The notes beneath the pieces were generated by a model that ran no database searches, was not told the DNA's origin, and was given only the letters and a program-made list of their open reading frames with translations. The position numbers and the translations under genes are program-made. This document shows, piece after piece, positions 23,561 through 35,072 of a stretch of 64,000 nt of DNA (positions within the stretch are counted from its first letter, which is position 1; the number at the start of each line of letters is the position of its first letter). Source of the DNA: Podarcis pityusensis (lineage: Eukaryota); NCBI GenBank assembly GCA_964106645.2, contig OZ067045.1; one strand, written 5' to 3'.

Positions 23561-25582
23561 GAAACTGAGCTAATGCAGCAGCCACTGGTATCTGGAACAG
23601 GGTTAAAGTGTTAAACAAGTTAAAGTGAGGTGGGGGGGGGGCTCATAAAGGCACAGACTCCTCCTGAGATTCTTATCCTCTCTCCTGCCCTTGAGTCTTT
23701 CATCTTCCCCTCCACTCTCATTACCACCTTTCTTCCAAAAGTGTACAACACCTCTTTCTTGTGTTAAGGCAGACCTACCAAGCCTTTGAGGGATGATGTT
23801 CTCAGTAGTGCTGCTAGAGCCTGGTGTAGTGGGGAAAGGAATCATGACTTTTTCATGTTTAGCTCAGATCACTCTTGACCTGTTCTGGCTCTGCAGGTGA
23901 GAGGAGAGGCATTGGATATGCTGTTTCCTCTGCTCTAGTTTAACGGTGTTCTCTTTGACACAATAGGGACCAGCAACCCAGTTGCAATTCAGCTTGTTGT
24001 ACAGAGCAAATGTATCATCTGCATAGCACTATTCTTAGTTTTTGTTCCTTGCGTAAGAGAAACCCTTGTAAGAAAAGGCTGTTCAGACTCAATTTCCCAA
24101 TATGGCTGCCCCTCCCCCTTTTCAGAATGGTTGCAAACTATTTCACACCTTCTAACTGTTCTTCCCAAAGGTTGCTGAAATTTCCCCTTTATTGAGTCTC
24201 CCTCCCTCCCACATTCAACAAGGAGTCTGTTTCCTGTTGATTGACTGCTCTGGTGAAGATTGGGGTGTTGTAAAATAGGTTTGTCTCACTGAAAGACTTA
24301 CAAGAGGTATTTGAAATGCAACCTTTGTAACCTTTTCAAGGGCTATGTATATGCCACCTTTAAAATGGAGGGGGGGCTGGTGCACTCCAGATGTACTATG
24401 CCTCCCAGCATCTCTGACCATTGGCTATGCTGGCTAGAGCTGCTAGGAGATGGAATTCAATAACAGCAGGGAGGGGGTAGTTTCCCCATTCTTGCTTGAA
24501 GACAAACAAACCTGTAGTTGTATCCTGAGTGGCTCAGTGTCCTTTAATGCTGCCACAAGTGTCAATGAGCAGCTTCATCAAGCTCAACATTGTCTATACT
24601 GCCTGGCAGCAGCTCCCCAGGGCTTCAGACAGGGGACATTACCTGGATTGAACCTGGGGTCTTCTGTAGGGAAACCAGATTCTGTTTGAGAATCTGTTTG
24701 AGGAGCAATCCACCTTTGGGTTCTCGTGGGTTGATACGGGGAGGGGGAGAAAGAGGAGGACTAGAAGGAGTTGTCAGCTTTGTGTCTTAGGTGGCGGACT
24801 GAACCGCCTCTACAAATGATATATGTTTCTCTGAGTGAACAGGAGAGGTATGAGAACTCCACCATTCCTGGTCTGCTTCTTTTCTCCCGCTCTCCTTGTC
24901 TTGTGCTGTAGCACGATTCCTGTTAAATCAATATTGAGTTGGCACCTGTTATTACAGGATGTGGGACCCAGCCGCCTTCATGCTGTGACTTCTTTCTGTT
25001 TCTTTCTCTCCGCTTTTTGGTTTCTCCAATGCACAAATGTGCGCACACAGAGAGAAGGAAGGTGGAATTCAATCGCACTCTACAAAATAGGAAGATTGAA
25101 CGGCTGAGGAACAGCAGTTGCAGAGAAGGCCTGGATCCTCTTTAAGTGCCCTAATGTTGCCCTAGCCACTGAGGGTCAGAGGCCACCTCCCATATGGGCT
25201 TTGTTCACCTTGATGGTTATGGATATGCTTGGCATGTTTATGAGTCCCTGAATGACCTGCAATGCTGACATCGCCTTGCTCAGTAAAGAGCTAGGGGCAA
25301 AGGCTGCAGTTGCTGTGTCCACGTTATGTCTGGCCAGGAATGTGAAGTGGTCATTTGACTTAATTGGAGGGAATTAGGGACTGTCTGGTATGGTATGAAG
25401 TGGTGGCCATTTGAATCCTAGGCAGGAGGCTAGCAGCCCTTTTAGTTGGGCTGGACTCCAGTGCAGACAGAGGGTAGAAGCATCTTTGTGTACCTGAGTG
25501 TCTAGTAAAACATGGCCCACCCCTTTGTTCTGACATCTAATATGTGATGCCTTAACAGAGGCTCCATCAACATCATACTTTT

Positions 25583-25743
25583 CAAGCACATGGCTTCCCT
25601 GAAGAATCCTGGGAACTGTAGTTTACCCCACACAGAGCTCCAATTGCCAGCATCCTTGACAAACTACAGTTCCCAGGATTATTTGGGGGCATGGAAAGCC
25701 ATTTACTTTGAATATGCTTTAAATGTATGGTGTGGATCAGCCC
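25583..25743. mobile_element. Harbinger-like palindromic MITE (short form)
   Basis: 'aatcctgggaactgtagttt' / 'aaactacagttcccaggatt' perfect inversion. Confidence 0.7.
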
Positions 25744-26329
25744 AGAGGTTGAAGGCCAACTGGATATAGGCATAAGTCTAGTTGCTGAGAGAATCCAGGC
25801 TCCACCCCCAAGTGTGTCCTCTGGTACATCAGTTCTCTTCCATCATGCTTAAAAAACAAAACAAGCTGCAAAACCTCTCTCTCTTACAACAGCATTGGGC
25901 TTAAGGTGTAGAGAACCAATATTCTTCAGACGGCTTTAAGGGTGGGGCTGAAGAAACCCTCATCTTCCCCTCCACCCATCCCATTGCCTAATGTGCCCCT
26001 CCTGGAGCACAGCCAACTCACTTCAGAGTTGCAGCAACATTGCCTGCTCTGGTTTCTTAACAAGGTGTGGGGCTGATTTGCAGTCCTGGAAAGCCAAGCT
26101 TCTTCCAGAGTGCTTCTTTGCATGTGCTTGTATCTGGCAGACACACTGTCTTCTTCCAGAGCTGCTTTGTGTCTGGGGAAGGGACCACAGCTCAGTGGTA
26201 TGGCCATGTTTTGTACGTAGCCCTATGTGTTCATCCTCTTGCATTTGTAAGTTTAAAAATGATCAATTTGTACATGATGACTGCCTGATTCTTATGTTCC
26301 ACCTTGATTACTGAGATCTTCTCAATGCC

Positions 26330-26470
26330 TCTGAGGTTCAGTTGGCCTCTGTTATGGACAGGCCCAGCTGTTTGAAATTCCTTGCCAGTAGAGGTTTGGC
26401 AGGACTTATTCTTGCCTTCTTTTAGATGGCTCCTTTGCAATGTGAATTTGAATTTGAGATTGTATAACTC
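26330..26470 (+). mobile_element. L2-type LINE ORF2 C-terminal remnant
   Basis: Degenerate 'P..WNSLP' coding pattern ('ggcccagctgtttgaaattccttgcca'). Confidence 0.4.
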
Positions 26471-26534
26471 TGCTTCCAGTTCCAAACAACACAGAATCCT
26501 GTCCTTGACAAGGCCCTGCAGCCCTGCTCCCTTT

Positions 26535-26670
26535 GCCAAGGGATGGGGAACCTGTGGCCCTCCAGTTGTTGGATACTAACTCCTATTAGCCGTAGCCAGC
26601 ATACCCAGTGGTCAGGAATGATGGGAGGTGTAGTTCAGAACATTTAGAGGGCACCACTTTAGCTACCCCA
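26535..26670. mobile_element. Palindromic hAT-type MITE
   Basis: 'ggggaacctgtggccctccag' ... 'tgatgggaggtgtagttcagaacatttagagggcac'. Confidence 0.7.
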
Positions 26671-28433
26671 AAGTAATGGTTTTTAGTAACACCCCTTGCC
26701 CTAGATGCTTAAGATGCTGACTATGGTGTTCATGCAGTCTGAACAGACAGAACCCAAGTTAAAGGCAAACAAATGTATTTTGAAGCTAGACTGTTTCTAC
26801 CAACTGCTCCATGTCCCTCTCTGCTTTAAAGAGCAGCAAGCATCCCTTTCAAAAGTTGGATGGTTGCAGTGTCTGCAAATAGCTGAATCTAAGTCCAAAT
26901 ATGGGGGTGTTGGTGATGCCTGCCTTTATCTTTCTGGCTAACTCTTGTACAATGCTATTAGCCCTTCTCTGAACCCACTTGTGTGACTTGTTTCGTTGGC
27001 TGGCTGGAGGTCAGAGTAGATCTGTACAGATCAGGTTTCAGTTGCAACAGGGTTACATATAGAGGGTCAAAGATGGAACGGAGTCAAGCATTGAACAATG
27101 ACCTGGATCAGGAAAGAGGCTTTTGTGCAGGGTGGTGGCTAGAGGAGATAAAGGATGTACATCTATTGCTGCAGCATCTGGAGTCGTTGCCAGTTGCTCC
27201 AGCAAGGCTCTGTTTGTCCCCCACCACAGCATTCCCTGCCTGGCTGTGTGAGAGAAGCCCCCTTGAGCAAAAGACTTACTTTCCTGCCATGACGCCTGCT
27301 GATTTTTCCATTGTCTGTAAGCAGATAGGGTTAACATTCCCCAGGGAAGGCAGGGCCTCTGGAGACTCGCTGCAGTCCAGCAATGAATGGTGCCTTTTTA
27401 ATACTCCATCCTTCAATCCTTATCTCTCCTAATTTATTGGACGTAACTGGTGGCGCTGATGGATCCACAGCTCAGACCTTGGCTTCTAAATTTCAGCATT
27501 AATAATCTCAGCCTTCAGCCAGCTCTCCAGATGTCTTTGATTTAGCTGCTCACTCGGGAGGGGTGCAACCCCGTGTCCCTGGTGCCAGCGTTAATGTGGC
27601 CTGCTGACAATATATTTGGGCTTGGAATTGCATTTCCCTGATGAATTAATTCGCCTCTTAGTGACTGTCCCTCCCTCTGTCCTCCTCCCTTCTTAGCTGG
27701 GGTCAGATGTTCTAATGAATGGGGTCAGGAACAACTCGTTGCCTTCCTGCCCTATCCTCTCATTCTGCCCTCCTCCTCCCCAAGTGAGAAAGGGGAAATT
27801 TATCTGGCACTGTGAGTGAGTGAGAGACAGACAGACAGACACACAGGCACAGAGAGAAGCAAATAACTTGCTTAATCTTCCATCAGCTTTGAACTGTTGT
27901 GCTAGGGCACTCCATATTGGAAGGCCCCTAGTAGGGAATAGTAATCAAGAAATCTTTACCAGTTGCTTTGTGTGCTCCTGGCTGTTCCCGTTCTGCAAAA
28001 AATAGCCCAAGCACCATGGTGGTGCCTGCCTCCCCATCAGTGCCTAAACACAGGAAGCTGCTTTTTTTTAAAAAAATTTTTTTAAAAATAATCTTTATTA
28101 AAATTTCAAAGGAAAAAAAAATCACATTAGTAAAAAAAAAATTAACAATGAAAAGGAAAAATACAAAGTAGAAAAAAAGAAAAAGCAGTTAAAAACAATT
28201 CCATCCTTTCCTCACTTCTTTTACGTTTACTTGTTTCCCGGACCTCCTCATACCTCCCTCATTTGTATTCCAATTAAATTTGTTAATCCAACAATTCCTT
28301 TCCCTCCTTTTTAATCCTAATCTTTAATTTTGATATATTATAACTTTAAATTTTTACATATTAAAAACCAATTTTTCCATATTCTTTTGTACCTGTACAG
28401 CTAGAAACCACTTAACTTCAATCCAACATCATT

Positions 28434-28613
28434 CTAACATTCATTAATTTTGCAATATTTCTGTAAATAGTCTTTAAATTTCTTCCAATCTTCTTCCACC
28501 GACTCTTCTCCCTGGTCACGGATTCTGCCAGTCATTTCCGCCAATTCCATGTAGTCCATCATTTTCATCTGCCATTCCTCCAGTGTGGGTAGATCTTGTG
28601 TCTTCCAATGCTT
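28434..28613 (-). pseudogene. L1 ORF2 C-terminal 59 codons (KHWKTQDLPTLEEWQMK...CKINEC*)
   Basis: Aligns with KYWKTQELPTLEEWQMK...CKIKEC* at the end of ORF 59435..61534. Confidence 0.9.
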
Positions 28614-28614
28614 T

Positions 28615-29375
28615 TCTCCACTTTTGACTGTTGTATTTCCAAAGTCTTCTGGAAATGCAGGCTCAAATTTTTATCTCTCTCTTCTTTTGTTCGGAGGGTG
28701 ATCAAACAGTCTCTCACCCTGTTCTTTCTCCCTCCTTTTCCAAGTCTAAAAGCACTCACTATCTTGAAACTGTCTTTCCCCAAATCTGGGTTCCAAAAGT
28801 CTAGGAATTCCTGCGTAAGAAATTCAATCAAATTGTCTTTCTCCACTTCAGGTACAGCCCTGACCCTTAAATTCACTTGTTTCTCCTTCAACTCGATCAT
28901 AGACAGAATTGACTTATGGTCTTCAAGTTGTTTATGTAGCGGTGGTATCTTCTCTTGAACCACTGTAGCAGTAGCAGTAGCAATTTCTTTAGCCTCTTCG
29001 GCTGTCTTACGTGTCGAAGCAGATTCCTATAATAATTTCTGAATAGTTTCTGTATTAGTATTTACTTTCTGTCCCAAATTATTGATACTTGTCGTATTTT
29101 GATTAATACTTGTCGTATTTTGATCAATCTTATCCGATGCCTCGGCTACTTGTTTACTTATTCTATCCAAAGATTCATTAATTTTAGCTAATGCCTGAGC
29201 CAGGGCATCGTCAGCTGCCATACCTTTGGGTTTAGGTTGTGCCGATGAGGTTGCTGTTGGAACTCCAGGGGGGGCCAGATGTCGAAGCCCTTCTTTGCAG
29301 TCCACCGTCTGTACGAAATACTCTGCCAGACCTCGTTGCTTGTAACGAATCTATCTTCTCTTTCCCATCTGCCAT
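28615..29375 (-). pseudogene. L1 ORF1, disrupted and C-terminally truncated
   Basis: ATG 29375 (MADGKEKIDSLQATRSGR); apparent +1 frameshift in the C7 run near 29270; TAG at 29027-29029 where the intact copy has GAG; matches ORF1 of the 63-64 kb copy. Confidence 0.85.
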
Positions 29376-30029
29376 AACCCTCAAGATATAACCCAAGGTC
29401 AGTCACACAGTCAGAGTCAGAGTTGTTTTGAAATGGAAAATTCCCTTAGGAAATTGTAGTGGAAAATTCCCTCAGGCCAGCTGCAATTGTAACAAATTCA
29501 AACTTCCTCTAGGGGGACACTGTAACAGTCATAAAAGTCTTAAAGTAGTTAACCTCTCCCTTTAGTCCCCCAATTCACCAGAAAGACAACAGTTTCTATC
29601 TCAGTCTGTTACTTTAAAACCAGGAGATACCTGTCAGCAATATTGTAACCAAGTTGTATCTCGGATGCAGAGTTAACTGTCAAAGAGTGCTTTCAGAGAC
29701 AGCGCAGTTTCTAATACGGCTTCTTACTGTCACTGGGAACCCGTTCTGGGGTTTTAAGCGGTGGTTTTTGTCTCCTCTTCCTCTCTTTTTTCAGGGAAAT
29801 AACATTCAAACCTTCTCCCCCCTCCTCCCCTGCATCAAGGGGGGGAAATCACAGTTTTGATGCTCGAATTATAATCCTTTTCCAACGTCTTTTAAAGCTT
29901 CCGCTTTCAAGTTCAATGCTTTACTCTGTTTACAAGAGCGGGAGGCAGACTTCCTGTTTATACCTCTCCGCTTCGGTGCCGAATTATTCAAGATTTTGTA
30001 CAGTTCCTTTAATTGAGAAGTTAGCCTAC

Positions 30030-30359
30030 TCACGGATCGTTGTTTCAAAGCCAAATTGTCCCATGAAAAAGGCAGCGCTCTCCGGTAACAGCTGCGTGGC
30101 TTCACTCCACGGAAGAAGCAGACGACTCACAGCACAGCGCCACTTCCCCGCTCTGCTCCGGAGCCCGTTGCCGGGTTCCTTTGCTGATTGGGGGGGCGCA
30201 AACAGTGCCTGCCGAGTCCCACGGTCACAGGCTTCACCCGCCTGTGATTTGAAGGGTCCCCGCTGCGCCGTAGCGGTACAGACCCGATTTCCGTGGAGCC
30301 AGTTCCCTCCAGATCAGAGGGAATCTGCCATTACCGATGGCGCCACCTCCGGAAGTCCT
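30030..30359 (-). promoter_or_regulatory. CpG-rich L1 internal promoter
   Basis: Dense CpG; ETS motif ACTTCCGG at the 5' terminus; YY1-like ATGGC/GCCAT motifs; hairpin ttccctc..gagggaa. Confidence 0.65.
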
Positions 30360-33071
30360 CTAAACACAGGAAGCTGCTGCACAGCAGGTCAAGACTGTTT
30401 GTCCATGTACTCTGGTTTCGTGTGTTATAACTGGCAGCAGCTCTCCAAGGTCTGAGGGAGATAAGGGTCTGTTCTACCTGCTCTTCCTTCCTTTTAACTG
30501 GGGAGACCGGGGGTTCACCTTGGGACCTTCTGCATGCAAAGCAGGTGCATTCTGCATTCTGTAATTCAGGCATGAGTTTTATTTATTTATTATGGTGGTG
30601 GAGGGGCATGATCTGGACAGGGGTGTGTTTTGATCCCTGGAGCTCAAGCTACTTTGGCAGGGAACTGCAGGAGAACAAACTAGATTGTTGGGAACTGTTG
30701 CTTCAGTATTCGAGTGACAAATTCTAGGGCTCTTGCAGATGTTTTGGACTGTAGTTCCCATTCAGCACAGCTGGGAATTGTGGTCCAAAATATCTGGAAA
30801 GAATCTGGTTGGCAAAAGCTGACCTAATTAGAGACCTGAATACACTGTGTATTGATTTGCCTGTTTTGCAAAACTTAGCCTGCTCCTGCTGAGCTCCTAA
30901 AAGCCCTGATCAAATAGGAGCTGGAAGTTTCTGAAACAACCCCAAAAACCTGTTGGACCAGAACTAATGGTGCCCTGCATCATGGGCCACAATTACCGGT
31001 ACTTCATTGCTCTGTCTTCTAGAAACTTTTGCACTGCTGCTCCACTGGACAAACCTTTCAGCCTATAGAGCCCTGCAAACAACTACACCAGCATTTGATA
31101 CTGGCTTGTCTGCTGGTGCATGCCAATAAGGGTTACTGGAGGGGCACATCAACAACCCTCTTTCAAAAAAGAATCTCTTGCTTAGTCCAACTGACACCTA
31201 CATCCCTGACCTTGCTCACAGTGAATGCAATTTTGAGTCTATTTTAAAGGTCATTTACAATACTGGTCTTCATTGGCATCACGAGCAAGACCCAGCCGAT
31301 CCACGACTCTGCTTATGGTTCAGAGGAGCTATTTAAAGCCAAGGGAAATAATTGACTTGCTTTTCCTGTTGCACTTTGAAATCCTCTTTCTCCCTTTTTT
31401 TCCCTTTAAAGATGGTTAAAATCAGAAAAATTGACCTTCTTCCAAGTAGTTCCTTGCACAAGCCTGGCTGCAGTCTTAAAATAATCAGTGGATCAGCCAG
31501 GGCTGTCTGGGGGAGCAGAAGTGGGTTGCAGCCAGTAGATGTCCTTAGTCAGAGTGGCTGAGATTAGGAATGGCTTGTTTTCCTACAAGCTCTTATTTTT
31601 CCATAAAAAGGAGACACTAAGGCCTTGTTCAGTTGTTGCTGGCCATCCATTGTAATAGGGGTTATTATCCAGATAATTGGCACGTGGTGATAGATGGCAA
31701 TGCAGAGGTAAGGAAAATTAGGCTGGGCAGATTTTAAATTTTTTATTCCAGCCTTTGATTCACTGGACTTTCTTCACTTGAACACTGGCCTCCCCTTGAT
31801 GAAGAACTCAAATTCCCGTTGCAGTTTCTACCAAAATCTTTAATGCTCAGATCAGTGTGATACATAGGCAAAACACAGCAGGTGCTACACATATCTACAC
31901 AGAGACATTGATCCAGCAACAACACCTCCCTTACAAGCCTGTTATAAGTGATTTGGGTGGACACAACTTAGTGGAGCAAGGCGTTCTGATCCCTAGTGCT
32001 ATTTTTCTAGAAAAAGAAGTGTGGGAGCTCACCATTAGTGCATGCCTTGTTCTCTTCTAATGGCAAAGGCGCCCACCTGAGAGGTGCCGGAGCTTGAGTT
32101 CCAGCAAGTTCCAGCTGAAAAAAAGCCCTGGGTAGACAACCTGGTATTTCTCTGAGAAGGCTGAACCTGCCCTGTCTGTCCGTGCCTACTCTGGGGTCTC
32201 ATTAACCTAGGAGAAGGAGGGTACACCACTGCCTCTACAGGGCAGCAACCTCCCCTGGAGAGGGAGGATTAGATGTGATTTCTGACAACCCTAGAGGTGG
32301 AGTTGGTGGTGCAATAGGCAAACTGGCCAAACCAGAGCCAGCCTCCCAACAGCTCCAGAGTGGGCACTGAAGCCCATGCATCGTACTGTGGGAAATGGTG
32401 GCAACAAGGGAATCCCCTCTCCAGGATTCTCTTCCCCAGGGCTCTCCCAACACAGGCAGAGACCTTCCCAGTCTACTGGATCCCTTCCTGGGGTCTGCCA
32501 CTCGTGTTTTCTGTCCTGGCTTGACCAGCCCCCTCCCCAAGTCTATGACAAGGAGCACTAAGTGCGCAGAGGCGCCCTGATAAAGGGCCGAGTGGGCCCT
32601 ATTCTGGTAACATTTACATGAATAAACTGTTTAAGGGAATGGGCATATACTTGTTTAAAGAGAAGACAGCACTTGGGCTGCCTTTGGACGGGGTCAGTGG
32701 GGGGATATTGTGCAAGTGTTGCTGGGTTTATTGCTAACTCTCCCCTCCGCCCCAATTTATAACTACATTTTGTGATATGGAACTGTGCCTTTGTGATGGA
32801 TATACCATGGTTTCCTACATAATTTTGTTCACACCAGTGGGTGTGGTATGGCACAACTGTGGACATCATTGGACATGTCTACAGTACTACCATCCTCCCT
32901 CTACCCCATATCTTTTCCCTGTGATCCTGTGTGCAGTTTTGAAAAACTTATTTCCAGCTAAATAAGTGTATCTCATTGAAAGAAGGAAATAGTGGTAGCC
33001 TTCCATTTCAGTGTATCAATCAAAAATGGAAACTCACACTCTTTCCAACCTGTTTGTAGAAAGGTGCATGT

Positions 33072-33462
33072 TGGAAAGTTTGTTGCTCATTGACAGCACC
33101 TCTTTTACTTGCAGAAGGTCCCTGACTCAATTCCTGGCATCTTCAGGAAGGGCTGGAAAATACACCTCTCTGAAACCCTGAAGAGCCAATGCTAGTTGGT
33201 GAGGTGTTGAAAGTACACAGGAACATGGGAAGCTACCTTCTTTATACTGAGTCAGACCATTAGTCCATCTATCACAGTATCATTCACTCTGACAGGCAGA
33301 AGTTCTCCAGCATTTCAGACAGAGATTCCTTCCAGCTCATACCTGCAGATATCAGGAATTGCACTCTGGACCTTTTGCAGGCAAAGCATACGCTCTACCA
33401 CTGAGCAACAACCTACTCAGCTAGATGGACCAACAGTCTGACTTGGGATAAGGCAGCTTCCT
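33072..33462 (+). mobile_element. tRNA SINE split by an antisense copy of the same family
   Basis: Outer halves ~33072-33216 and 33414-33462 rejoin into the 11968-type sequence. Confidence 0.75.
33217..33413 (-). mobile_element. tRNA SINE, nested antisense copy
   Basis: Reverse complement reads 'gctcagtggtagagcg...actaatggtctgactcagtataaagaaggtagcttcccatgttc'. Confidence 0.8.
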
Positions 33463-34216
33463 CTTGTTTTCTACACAGTGAAAGTTGTGCAGAGTCCTAA
33501 TGAGAGTCTACCTCCTATGACCATTAGGGCTTATTTTGTAGCCACCATCCCATCACCTTAGTGTGGTTCTCTGTGGTTGGTGGGTTCTGATCCCCACGCT
33601 TTGGAGGTGATGGAGCCAGGGGCAAAAATCCCCCTCAAACTCTGTTTCCCACTTCCTCCAGAGTCTGCTTGTGTTCTGCTGATCCTCTGCTCATCTCTGA
33701 GCCTTTAAAGATCAAGGTGGGATTAAATGACACTGAGCTGAAGGGAGCAGGGAGAAGCTAATCGCAGCCTCTCCGGCTTCACACCTGAGAACATGCTGCT
33801 CTCAACATCTTTGCTTAATTAATCAGCTAGGTGTGCGTGCGTATATGTGTGCGCGCGAGTGAGCGAGCACACAACTGCCGGGGGCCTGTTTGTGGTGTTA
33901 GCCTATCCATGTGGTGCTTGGCAGCTTGCTATGCAGCAGACACGAGGCTAGACTTTAAATAAGGGTGCAATTATTGTCTGAATAATTGACGAACAACGGG
34001 CAACGCATCGGCACTCAGCGTAATGGGCTTTGGTCTGTTGCCACGGAAGAGGCGCCGGCCTCCTTGGCTCTGCCAGCTTTTTCCACATCTTTGGCGGGAA
34101 GGCCAAGCAAAGGTGTGGGGAGGAGCTTCTTCCTTTCCCTAATTTTGTTACTTTTTGCCCCAAGTTAAGAATTAGTCCTATAATGGGATTTAGCACTGAC
34201 ATGCTCTCAGCAGATT

Positions 34217-34282
34217 AAAGGTAAAGGTACCCCTGACCATTAGGTCCAGTCGTGGACGACTCTTCGGTTGCGCGCTCATCTT
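34217..34282 (-). mobile_element. 5'-truncated Sauria SINE (3' ~65 bp)
   Basis: 'aaaggtaaaggtacccctgaccattaggtccagtcg' is the reverse complement of the 15.8 kb SINE tail. Confidence 0.85.
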
Positions 34283-34442
34283 AGATCTGAGCTTTAGGTT
34301 GGGGTTTGTTTTTTGGGTTTTTTCTCAGGGGTGAGCAACTATAGTAGTAGCATCAATAAGTTTAATATACTCCCTCAAAATCCCAGATTGGTTGGAATAT
34401 CCACGTGACAGCCACAGGTACACCAGGTGCCTTTGCCTAAGC

Positions 34443-34578
34443 CAAGGCTGGGGAATCTGCGGCCATGTTGTTAGACTCCAGTGCCCATCATCCCTGACCA
34501 TTGGACATACAGACTACAAAGCATGGTGGAAGTTGTAGTCTGGCAACATCTGGAGGGCCACAGGTTCCCTCATCCCTA
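34443..34578. mobile_element. Palindromic hAT-type MITE
   Basis: Ends 'ggggaatctgcggcc' / 'ggccacaggttccct'. Confidence 0.7.
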
Positions 34579-34949
34579 AAGTACATCTGTGAAAGCTTCT
34601 GAGGGCCAGCTTGCTGTTGTGAGAGTGTTGTGTTTCAGTGCTGCAGACCTGAGTTCAAATCTTGTTTTGCTTGCTCAGTGGCCTTGGGCCACATCATTTT
34701 TGCTCAAGTCTACTCCATAGGGCTGTGGTGAGATTAACATGCTGCTTTGAGCTCCTTGAGCAAAAGACCAGATATTACAAATGTCATCAACTGTCCTGAT
34801 GAATGCCTGTCCTTGTATGTTTGGAAAGGGAAAGTGTATGAAGATGGGTGGTTTTGGTTTTACTAGTCTGCCTTTTTTCCTTTCTCACAACCTGTTATTT
34901 GAGGTTCTGCTTATTTGGCACTCTTGTAAATCAACTCAAAAACAAAACA

Positions 34950-35072
34950 TAGGGTAGCAGCCAACTAAATTTACCTGGGGGTACACCCATTGAAATTACT
35001 GGACCTAAGTTAAGCATATTCATTAATTCCAGTGGGTCTACTCTGAGTAGGACTAACATTGGATATAACCTA
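34950..35072. mobile_element. Palindromic MITE (related segments at ~1190-1410)
   Basis: Ends 'tagggtagcagccaa' / 'ttggatataaccta'; internal 'gtacacccattgaaatta' / 'taattccagtgggtctac'. Confidence 0.6.

Larger units (their letters stand above)
28063..30359 (-). mobile_element. Internally deleted (bipartite) L1 element, 2.3 kb, non-autonomous
   Basis: 19-bp TSD CTAAACACAGGAAGCTGCT (28044-28062, 30360-30378); 5' end AGGACTTCCGG; ~1 kb 5' UTR; ORF1 5' part joined at ~28614 to the last 59 codons of ORF2; 3' UTR, AATAAA (28094-28099) and A-tail; clear homology to the 59-64 kb L1. Confidence 0.93.

Noticed and set aside
28600-28625. Spliced L1 retrocopy
   Set aside because: There is no GT donor at the ORF1 breakpoint, and the retained sequence includes bases upstream of the nearest AG.
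28596-28958. Similar antisense ORFs in both L1 copies (also 63400-63822)
   Set aside because: These are shadow frames of ORF1; the similarity follows from L1 homology.
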